A stretch of 64,000 bases of DNA from a virus: the IMG/VR virus record IMGVR_UViG_3300042874_000443, positions 64,001 to 128,000 of that record. One strand, given 5' to 3'. The notes under the pieces are model-generated. The model saw only the letters and a program-made list of their open reading frames with translations, had not been told where the DNA came from and ran no database searches. Positions 56,367 through 64,000 of this stretch are shown here, in pieces. Each line of letters starts with the position of its first letter. Within the stretch, counting starts at the first letter, position 1. Made by a program: the position numbers and the translations under genes.

Positions 56367-57206
56367 CTATTCCTGAACTTCGATCCACGAGGCTAGGTAG
56401 ATCGATCCCGACGGGGCAAAGCCTACGTCGGTCGTATAGAGCGCTCGAATCAGGTCACCTGCTACGTAGGTATCGATGCCGGCAGCTTGTGTTGCGAAAC
56501 CGCCCTCTTGGTTCGAGCCTGACGTGTGTACGACGATCAATGTGCCAGGGATGCCATTGATTGCGATCTGCGCGGTGAGCGTTCCGCCGGTGACACCTGG
56601 GCCACCTGGTTCAGTGATTGTCGAGAGTCCAACGATGGACCCCGGACGTGTAGCGCGGAACTCACTTGTATTGGGTAGGCCTGTTCCCATCGGAGTGTTG
56701 GGGAAGCTGGGAGCGAGCGTTGCATTCGAACGCCATTGCGGAGGCAGCATGTGCCGTGAAGTTGGCGCTGCTCCGTTCGATGCTGCTGTGATGCGTCCCT
56801 GCGCGTCGACGGTCAGGTTGACGTTGGTGTACGAGCCCGGCGTCACCGTGGTGTTTGCGAGCGCGATCGAACCGCTCCCCGTGATGGGTCCGCCGATGAG
56901 GCCGACACCGGTACCCACCGACGTGACCGTGCCACCGCCCAGCGGTGTGTTGTTGTGCATCCACGTGTCGTCGTTGCGAAGCCACACGTAGTCCGCGACA
57001 CCTGCAGGCGCGGGATCCACCGCGAGTGGCGTCATGCCCATCCACGCCGCGCCACGGGCCCACCCTTGAATGTCGAGCAACGCCTGGCAGAGTGTGATCC
57101 ACTCGGACGCAACACCCCACTGCACGGGGTTGGCGCCTGGCGGCAACGGCGCCGCGTTCATCTTGTTGATAGGAACGGTCGTGTTGTTGTAGATGAAGTT
57201 GGTCAT
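56367..57206 (-). CDS. Putative fibre/structural protein
   Basis: GTVTSVGTG...GGPITGSG...GSYT...TVDAQGRITAASNG fibre-type segment. Confidence 0.7.
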   Translation of the reverse strand: MTNFIYNNTTVPINKMNAAPLPPGANPVQWGVASEWITLCQALLDIQGWARGAAWMGMTPLAVDPAPAGVADYVWLRNDDTWMHNNTPLGGGTVTSVGTGVGLIGGPITGSGSIALANTTVTPGSYTNVNLTVDAQGRITAASNGAAPTSRHMLPPQWRSNATLAPSFPNTPMGTGLPNTSEFRATRPGSIVGLSTITEPGGPGVTGGTLTAQIAINGIPGTLIVVHTSGSNQEGGFATQAAGIDTYVAGDLIRALYTTDVGFAPSGSIYLASWIEVQE

Positions 57207-58180
57207 GGCGGACTCGGGGGTGTGGGCGGGTTCGGGTCGATCGTACCCTTGATGTTGCTCGTGGCAGGTGGACCAGTGAGAAACACAGCGGCCGCTGCTA
57301 CCAGTTGCTGTGCGGCGTTGAGGACACCGTTTACAACAGACGTCGGTTGCTCCGTACCTGCAACCGACACACTCGCCGGCGTTGGTGGAACAACCGCCGT
57401 TGCAATCACCGACGTTGAGGCTGCGGTGTTGACGGGTTGCAGGGCTGCGATCGCAGCATCCGCAGACAGTTTGACGTACTGGTCGACCGTCACTTTGTTG
57501 AACGCGATGTTCTGAAGAATCACGTACTCCTTGACGAGGAAGGAGAACGAGAAGGGCACCGCAAGCTCGTTGTCTGCGTTGAGCTGCTGCTGCTGCGAGA
57601 TCAACACCCCTGAAACGATCACGGAATCGTAGCGAAGACGTGCAAGGGCACCGCGTCGCGCGAGCTGTGTGCCGCGAAGCATCAGCTGGTAGGCCTTCGC
57701 GAAGCCGGACCGTTGGTCGTCCTGCATCGAGTTGAGTAACATGCCCGAGTACTGGAACGTCGGGGGCGACTGTCCGTAGAAGAAGGCGACATAGTCGTCT
57801 GCTAAGACTTTGTCGACCTGCATGATCTCTTGGAACGTCTCGTTGGCCGACGACAGAAAGAAGTCGATGAAGCCGGTGCCACCAGTTGCGTTGGTTCCGA
57901 GGAGCACTTTGGCCAACGACTGCGTCGCGTCGTCACCAGGGAGTGTCGCGAGGTACTTCGATCGATCGGTGTCGCTCAGGTCTGCGACGGAGATGTAGAG
58001 GCGTGCAAGCGTGTCGCGAAACTCGGCGTCACGCGGGCTGAACTTCGCGTACTTCGGCGACATCAGCGGGTTCGTTGCGAACACGCCCGACTGCCGTGGG
58101 TTGTACTTCGCCGACACGCCGTTGGCGGTCACGAAGGGGACGTTGAAGGAGCCGCCGGATTTATCGTATGGGCCGGGCAT
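57203..58180 (-). CDS. Putative tail tube initiator/distal tail protein
   Basis: Immediately after tape measure; FFYGQSPPTFQYSGMLLN...LRGT; start reassigned to ATG 58180 (GAGG RBS). Confidence 0.6.
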   Translation of the reverse strand: MPGPYDKSGGSFNVPFVTANGVSAKYNPRQSGVFATNPLMSPKYAKFSPRDAEFRDTLARLYISVADLSDTDRSKYLATLPGDDATQSLAKVLLGTNATGGTGFIDFFLSSANETFQEIMQVDKVLADDYVAFFYGQSPPTFQYSGMLLNSMQDDQRSGFAKAYQLMLRGTQLARRGALARLRYDSVIVSGVLISQQQQLNADNELAVPFSFSFLVKEYVILQNIAFNKVTVDQYVKLSADAAIAALQPVNTAASTSVIATAVVPPTPASVSVAGTEQPTSVVNGVLNAAQQLVAAAAVFLTGPPATSNIKGTIDPNPPTPPSPP

Positions 58181-58182
58181 CG

Positions 58183-61100
58183 TTACCTCTGGGATTGAAA
58201 CCACGGCATGGCGGTGATGAGGCGATCGGTTTCAGAACCGCCCTTGAAGTCTTTGACGACGGTGGCGAACTCGCCCACTGATTTGGCGAACAAGACGGTG
58301 GAATCCGCTTGGAGTTTAGCGGAAGGATCCACATCGCCAGTTGCGTTCGCCGCCTCCTCGTCCATACGCGCGATCTGCGAATCGATGTCTCGAAGGCGGT
58401 CGCTTGACGCCCCGCTGTGCCGTGTCGTCTTGGAGGACGGCCCTGCTTTCGCGATCTCGTCATTGAGACCGCTGCTGTCACCCTTGCTCCACTTTTCGTA
58501 CGCCGCCTTCATCTTCGGGTCGAGCTTTTCGACTTCGTCTGCCGTGAGCGATCGGAAGGCCTTGTCGGGGTCCATCCCTTCGAGGTCCTTGCGGCCTGTC
58601 TGGCTCGCGAGCTTCGAGGCGAATTCGTCGCGCGCAGCCAGTTCCATCTTGTGACCCGCAGCCGTGCGCACAAGCTTCATGCTTGAAGTCACACCTGCCA
58701 GGTCTTGTGTACCCCGGAACGTGCGTTCCATCGCGTCGGCCGTGTCTTTGGACATGCTTCCAGCAACACGAAGCGCCCTCTCTTGAAGAGCTGCCAGTTT
58801 GTCCGGTTGGTCCTTGAACTTGGCGCCAATCTCTTTGGTGATCTGTTCACCGCGCTTCTTCTCTTCGTCATTGCCCGACGTCTTGGCGCGTTCTGCTGTT
58901 GCCAGCGCGAGCACCAAGTCGCCTTCGTCACCTTTGTTCTGTGAAACGAGTGCTTTGACCTCGGCCATCGTCTTGTCACTGACGGCACCCATGCCAGACA
59001 TCTTCAGTTCGTCCGCAATCTGCGCCTTTGCAGCGTCACGGTCACCCTTCAGGTCGACACCGCCCGCGCGCATCTCGACGTCCTTGGCTTTCTCGAAGCG
59101 TTCGATCTTCTTTTGATCGCCACTCGCGTACACCGTGTCGGACATACGCTTCATGATCTGACCCTTGCTGCCCTCCCATGCTTTCTCTGCTTGCGCCCGC
59201 GTCATGCCGTCCGAACCTTTGGTTGCAGCGCTGATGAAGTGGTCCTTCATCTCGGATGCACTCATAGCGCGCGCGGACTTGATGTAACCGGCTTCGCCGC
59301 CACCCGCGAGCATCGCTGTAGTCGCTCGTCCGATGATGTCCAGGGCGTTGAACTTCTTGCCGCCGGGGCCACCGACATCACTGATGCGTTGGAACGTTGT
59401 TGAGAGTTGTTGTGAGGTGAGCGCTGGCGCAGAAACCGCATGGCTGACGTCGATGACGTCTTGCACACGTTTCAACGCTTCTTCCGGGTCTCCAAACGTT
59501 TCGCCGAGGCTCGTGTATCGCCCCTTGCTGTAGTCCGCGATCGCGGCGAGCCTATTCGCACCGCTCTCGGAGGTAAGCCCTAAGAAGCTTCCCATGCGGT
59601 TCAACTGACGCCCCGCCGAACGGCCAAAGGCGCCACCGAGGCCCCCCGTTCCAGTTTCGCTGACGAAGTTGGAACCGCCACGTGCGTACGATCGGCGAAG
59701 ACCGCCCTTCTGAATCGACTCCTTCAATAGCGCGCGTTCGTCACCGCTTGTCGCAAGGTCTGAATCGCCGTACCGGCGAATGTGCTCGCCACGGCCTGCG
59801 GCTTCCTCGTCTTCACGCACGCGCTCGAAGTGTTCGGAGATGGAACGGAAGGGCGAGGACAGTGTGTCGCTGACGCTATCGATCGCACCGCGGATGCCGC
59901 GCTTCATGCGCGTCGCGAGTCCCGGCGTTCGATACTGCTCGCGTTGCGCTTTCTCTTGCTCGACGACTTCTTGTCGCTGCACGCGCAACTGATTCGCCAT
60001 GCCCTGCCAGTACGAACGACTCGAGAACTGGACCTCGAGCGCGCGCGCCTGGTCTGCACCCAAACCCGTCGTCGACTGAAGAGCCGTGCCCAACGACATG
60101 CCCGGGACCTGCGCCTGAAACGCGCGTGCCTGCGACAACATGTTCATCTGCATCTCGCCCGGCTTCATCTTCTGGGCGATCTCGTCCTTCATCTCCTGGC
60201 GACGCGTGTTCCACTCGAAGATGCCCTTCGTATCCATGTTGCGGAGCGAGTCCGCGGCGAGACGCTGAACCTCGTCGAACGGCCGAGTCTGCATCTCGCG
60301 ATACCGCGCCATGTCGACCTGCATTTTGCCGCCGGGACCACGCCCCATCGCGGCGAGCATGTACTGGTCGTTCTGCATCGCAGAGAGCGACGCCATCGTA
60401 TTGATCTGTCCGAGACCCGCGCGCCCACCTGCTCGCGCAAGCTGTAGATCGTTGAGCGCTCCCGACGACGCGGCAACGTTCGCAGCACCGGCTCCGTACA
60501 TAGATGCGCCAGCGCCAGTCGCTCCAACAAGGCCGTACTGACTCGCCATGTCGGCGCCGCCGGCCATGATCTGACCCATCTGCTGCTGGGACACGCCGGC
60601 CATACGCGCGAACGAGGCGCGATTTGCGACGGCGCCCGCTTGTGCCGCGAGACCTTGGAAACCCATCTCACGCATCTGCCCGAGCGATTGAATGGCGTCT
60701 CGCACATCCGGGTCGCCGGTGATCTTCATCAGCATCTTAACGGTCTTCGAGATCTCCTTGACCTTCTGGACCATCTGGTCAGAGGACTGCGCTCCTGTCA
60801 GCAGTCCTTGCCCTGCCGACATCTGCATGATGCGCATCGTGTCCTGGGTGTTGAACCCAGTACGCTCGAAGTCATAATCACGCTGAAGGTGGCGGACACC
60901 TGTCGCGACACCACGTGCACTGTGCGCATCCATTCCAGAACCCGTCACCATGTTCATGTTTGGTCCTGAGACCATGAACGGTGACGTCATCTGTTGAATC
61001 TGTCGGCCACGTGCGAAATCTTGTGTGACCGGATTGAAGACCATGTTGGAGACAGCTCCACCGATCTTTCCGCCGAGGAAGCTGCCCGCCATTGTTCCAA

Positions 61101-61734
61101 GCGGTCCGAAGGCCGAACCCAGTGCACCACCAATCACAGATCCGCCGATGCCCATTGCGGCTTCGCCAATGCCTGCGATCGTACCCATCGTCTGCGCTTG
61201 GGCGTGATGCATCATCTGCAGGTTGCGCTGCGCCGGCGTTGCGAAGTGTGCTCCGGGCAGTGTTGGTGCGAACGGGTTGAACACCGACGGCATGCGAGGT
61301 GTGCCGAAGCCGCCGCCACCAGCGAAGCCGCCTCCGCCGCCGAAACCGCCGCCACCAGCGAAGCCCCCGCTGAACGCAGCGCCGCCGCCTCCACCTCCGC
61401 CGCCACCCATCGCAGGCGCCGCGAACGGGTTCATCATGCTCATGCCGCCCATCGCACCGACCGATGGCATCGGTGCCGAAGGGGGTGGTTGATAGCGCGT
61501 GACCTGCGCGGCTTGCAGCGTCTGCTGCACCATGTTCTGGTGCATGTTCATCGCGTGCATCGCCGCTTCGGATGGATGCGGGATCTGTGGTGGAGGCGGC
61601 GGCGCTTGGAACTGCGCGCCCGCGCCCGCCATCGCTTGCGACTGCTGCATCGGCAAGAGGCCGAGGTTGTATTGCATCGCCGAAAACCCAGAGAGCATCT
61701 GCTTCAGGGTCTCGTTGGATGGTTGATCGGCCAT
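58183..61734 (-). CDS. Tape measure protein
   Basis: 1183 aa, helical A/G/Q/M-rich, Gly-zipper segment, directly downstream of a frameshifting chaperone pair. Confidence 0.75.
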   Translation of the reverse strand: MADQPSNETLKQMLSGFSAMQYNLGLLPMQQSQAMAGAGAQFQAPPPPPQIPHPSEAAMHAMNMHQNMVQQTLQAAQVTRYQPPPSAPMPSVGAMGGMSMMNPFAAPAMGGGGGGGGGAAFSGGFAGGGGFGGGGGFAGGGGFGTPRMPSVFNPFAPTLPGAHFATPAQRNLQMMHHAQAQTMGTIAGIGEAAMGIGGSVIGGALGSAFGPLGTMAGSFLGGKIGGAVSNMVFNPVTQDFARGRQIQQMTSPFMVSGPNMNMVTGSGMDAHSARGVATGVRHLQRDYDFERTGFNTQDTMRIMQMSAGQGLLTGAQSSDQMVQKVKEISKTVKMLMKITGDPDVRDAIQSLGQMREMGFQGLAAQAGAVANRASFARMAGVSQQQMGQIMAGGADMASQYGLVGATGAGASMYGAGAANVAASSGALNDLQLARAGGRAGLGQINTMASLSAMQNDQYMLAAMGRGPGGKMQVDMARYREMQTRPFDEVQRLAADSLRNMDTKGIFEWNTRRQEMKDEIAQKMKPGEMQMNMLSQARAFQAQVPGMSLGTALQSTTGLGADQARALEVQFSSRSYWQGMANQLRVQRQEVVEQEKAQREQYRTPGLATRMKRGIRGAIDSVSDTLSSPFRSISEHFERVREDEEAAGRGEHIRRYGDSDLATSGDERALLKESIQKGGLRRSYARGGSNFVSETGTGGLGGAFGRSAGRQLNRMGSFLGLTSESGANRLAAIADYSKGRYTSLGETFGDPEEALKRVQDVIDVSHAVSAPALTSQQLSTTFQRISDVGGPGGKKFNALDIIGRATTAMLAGGGEAGYIKSARAMSASEMKDHFISAATKGSDGMTRAQAEKAWEGSKGQIMKRMSDTVYASGDQKKIERFEKAKDVEMRAGGVDLKGDRDAAKAQIADELKMSGMGAVSDKTMAEVKALVSQNKGDEGDLVLALATAERAKTSGNDEEKKRGEQITKEIGAKFKDQPDKLAALQERALRVAGSMSKDTADAMERTFRGTQDLAGVTSSMKLVRTAAGHKMELAARDEFASKLASQTGRKDLEGMDPDKAFRSLTADEVEKLDPKMKAAYEKWSKGDSSGLNDEIAKAGPSSKTTRHSGASSDRLRDIDSQIARMDEEAANATGDVDPSAKLQADSTVLFAKSVGEFATVVKDFKGGSETDRLITAMPWFQSQR

Positions 61735-61762
61735 GCGAGGTTATTGTAGCGGATTCGGTGAG

Positions 61763-62148
61763 TTACTTGGGTTCCTTGAGCTTTTGGTCGTGATACTCGC
61801 CCATCCGCTCGAGGCGCTTGATGAGGTCCTCGTCCCGCTGTCGCTTCGCACGAACCCGCGCTTGTGCATCGCGACGCATCGCCACCTTCTTGCGAAGAAG
61901 ATCAGCATCGTACGTTTCTTGGAAGACCTCGGCAGCGTAGTCGGCCACGATCCCGCCGAACGCCTTGTCGGCGTCGACGTTGTACACGCGCGCGATCATC
62001 TTGCCGATCGCGTCCATGTGGGCCACGCGCTCCTGGCGCTCCCGGAAGACCATCTCGCGCTGGACGCGGTCCTCGATGGAGCCGTACGGCGCGAGCGGTA
62101 CGCCGCGCGCGAAAAGCACCGCGCGAGCGTTGCCTCCCGGGCGACCTA
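61763..62148 (-). CDS. Tail assembly chaperone, -1 frameshift extension (gpT-like)
   Basis: The -1 frame is open from the slippery site through LGRPGGNARAVLFARGVPLAPYGS to stop 61763. Confidence 0.75.
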
Positions 62149-62754
62149 GAAATTTTCGATCGAGCCCTCCTCGAGCGCGACCGCAACGCGGTTGTCGAAC
62201 TTCGACAGCTTGCTGAACAACACACGCAACGCGGGGTCGGGGAGACCTTCCACGTACGTGATGCGGTCTTGGTAGGCCTTCTCGATCGCGTCGTAGGTGT
62301 CCTTACGATAGTTCGGGTGCACGAACTTGTCGTCACCGAACTGTTCGAGCGACGCCGCCAGAAGAAGGCGGAACCAGCTCTCGCTGTAGTGTGCGTCCAT
62401 CGTGAAACGCTGGGCTTCGAGGATCTCTTGCGCGCGCTTGGTGTCGCGCGCGTTGCGGGTACGCAACCGGACCTTGATCTTCGACGTGACCTTGATGTCC
62501 TCGGCCCAGAACCCCTTGAGGAGGACTGCGTCGATGATCTCGGACGCTTGGTCCCGGGTGAGGCCTGCCGCCTTGAGCTTCTCCGCGTAAGAAGCCATCG
62601 GCTTGAGCGTCGCTTCGTCCTTGCTCGCTTCTGCGTCGAGCTGATCGTCGAGCGCGTCGAGCTTCTCCTTGGTCTGCCCGGTCGTCGGCTGCTTGGGCGG
62701 ATCGATCACAGGCCGCGAGAAATCTCCGATGCGTGCGTCGTCCGTAGATGCCAT
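62146..62754 (-). CDS. Tail assembly chaperone (gpG-like)
   Basis: Ends GAA AAT TTC TAG; upstream of tape measure; start likely ATG 62754. Confidence 0.75.
   Translation of the reverse strand: MASTDDARIGDFSRPVIDPPKQPTTGQTKEKLDALDDQLDAEASKDEATLKPMASYAEKLKAAGLTRDQASEIIDAVLLKGFWAEDIKVTSKIKVRLRTRNARDTKRAQEILEAQRFTMDAHYSESWFRLLLAASLEQFGDDKFVHPNYRKDTYDAIEKAYQDRITYVEGLPDPALRVLFSKLSKFDNRVAVALEEGSIENF
62149..62155 (-). other. Programmed -1 ribosomal frameshift site A-AAT-TTC
   Basis: In-frame X XXY YYZ heptamer immediately before the stop codon. Confidence 0.8.
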
Positions 62755-62839
62755 GGATTCTTGGTACAAGGATTGGACCAGGAAAGCAACCTATCGTCTT
62801 GATGTTTATCTCGTGAGCAAGGCAAACTGAAAGGCACGC

Positions 62840-64000
62840 ATGCGTACCGTTACGGAGCTACTGACCAACCCCGCCCATGGCCTCGTGCGAGAGGCCCGTC
62901 CGTCACAGCTCGCGATGGCCACCTCGATCGAACAGGTCCTAGCGACTGGCGGAGCCTACTTCTGCGAAGCGCCCGTGGCTACCGGAAAGACCTACGCGTA
63001 CTTGTTGCCGGCGCTCCTGGCACAGGGGCGGCGCGTCGTTGTCGCCACCGCCAAGAAGCAGCTCCAAGACCAGATCGTCGGTAAGGATTTCCCGACGCTG
63101 CGTCGCATCCTCGGCAAGGACATCCCGCCCTCGACGGCGATGCCCCTCAAGGGCAAGGGTAACTACGCCTGTCGTCTTGCTGCCTCGTCCATCATCGACA
63201 AGACGCCAGAGGGCGGCGCTGCGTATATGGAGTTCTTGCGTCACAGCTCGTACGGTGACCGCGCAGAGTACCCCGGCATGCCGCCCCGCTGGTGGGGATC
63301 CGCAACGGCCGAAGACTGTGTCGGCAAGCGTTGCGACTTCTTTGCAGACTGTGGGTACATCCAGCTCAAGCAAGATATCAAGCAGTCAAAGCTTATCGTG
63401 ATTAACCATCACGTGCTGGGTGCAGAGATGTACTTCGGACACGGCAAGCTTGTTGGTGGTCCGTACGATGTTCTCATTGTCGATGAGGCACATACGCTCG
63501 CAGCAGGTATTCGCTCGGCCTTCACACATCGTGTGGGTGAGGATTCGATCAGCTCGTTGAACGACTTGCTCAAGCGGACAGCACACGCGTTCCCTGCTGT
63601 ACGTCGACTGCTCGAACCGTGGGAAGCAATGTTCCAAGCCGTACCCAATCGGCACTTCCAGGACGCAAGCGCGCGTGACGTCCCCGTGTTCGACATCGGA
63701 CCTGCGACCGAAGTGATCGCAGGGCTTCATGCGATCGAGATCGAACTGGGCAAGACGGCGGCGTCCTACTCGGATGAACCGGATGAACCCGGCGAAACGA
63801 ACTACCTCAACGATGGGCTCGACGAGTTCAATGAGCCCATCCAGGCCATCGAGATGGATACCGCGGGCCAGCAAGAAGCCCTCGACGAGAACAAGGCACG
63901 AACGCTCGCGTTTCTGACGCAAGCGCAACGTCGTGTCGAATCGCTTCTGCGGGGACTTCAGACCGCACAAGGCGTCGTCGACGCAGACATCTCGATCACC
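62840..64000 (+). CDS. DinG/YoaA-family helicase, runs off right edge
   Basis: Not in track; REARPSQ (Q motif), EAPVATGKT, LQDQ, KGKGNYAC, C...C...C cluster, INHH, IVDEAH. Confidence 0.9.
   Translation, partial: MRTVTELLTNPAHGLVREARPSQLAMATSIEQVLATGGAYFCEAPVATGKTYAYLLPALLAQGRRVVVATAKKQLQDQIVGKDFPTLRRILGKDIPPSTAMPLKGKGNYACRLAASSIIDKTPEGGAAYMEFLRHSSYGDRAEYPGMPPRWWGSATAEDCVGKRCDFFADCGYIQLKQDIKQSKLIVINHHVLGAEMYFGHGKLVGGPYDVLIVDEAHTLAAGIRSAFTHRVGEDSISSLNDLLKRTAHAFPAVRRLLEPWEAMFQAVPNRHFQDASARDVPVFDIGPATEVIAGLHAIEIELGKTAASYSDEPDEPGETNYLNDGLDEFNEPIQAIEMDTAGQQEALDENKARTLAFLTQAQRRVESLLRGLQTAQGVVDADISIT

Noticed and set aside
1-64000. tRNA, rRNA, integrase, major capsid protein, RNAP alpha subunit, alternative genetic code
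   Set aside because: None recognised by eye; genes read through in the standard code and use all three stop codons; missing genes may lie outside the window

Overview
This 64 kb GC-rich window is an internal segment of a large tailed (myovirus-like) bacteriophage genome. I found no cellular housekeeping context, tRNA, rRNA or CRISPR array. Gene classes sort by strand. The minus strand carries virion and packaging genes (portal, GpA-like terminase, baseplate J/gp25/hub, tail fibre, tape measure, tail chaperone with a -1 frameshift) and a self-contained transcription module. The plus strand carries replication, recombination and nucleotide genes (SNF2 and DinG helicases, two Cas4/RecB-like nucleases, primase-helicase, UDG-fused family A DNA polymerase, DEDDh exonuclease, RuvC, class II ribonucleotide reductase with an intein, MoxR-like AAA and VWA pair). 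The main candidate for a new system is a bacterial-type multisubunit RNA polymerase with an unusual cut: a compact beta fused to the catalytic N-half of beta' (NADYDGD), and the C-half of beta' as a separate gene. It sits next to the portal among small Gly-rich proteins that share an N-terminal motif ending in F-K-[LIV]-[AG]. The window also encodes two different sigma factors, one translationally coupled inside the baseplate operon, and a recurring CCTATAAT promoter-like element with no visible -35. My inference is a phage-encoded, sigma-dependent, possibly virion-packaged transcription apparatus with a K-x-A packaging or processing signal. Two structured intergenic RNAs and several small ORFs missing from the supplied track were also found. 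All assignments are by eye from motifs; no searches were run.
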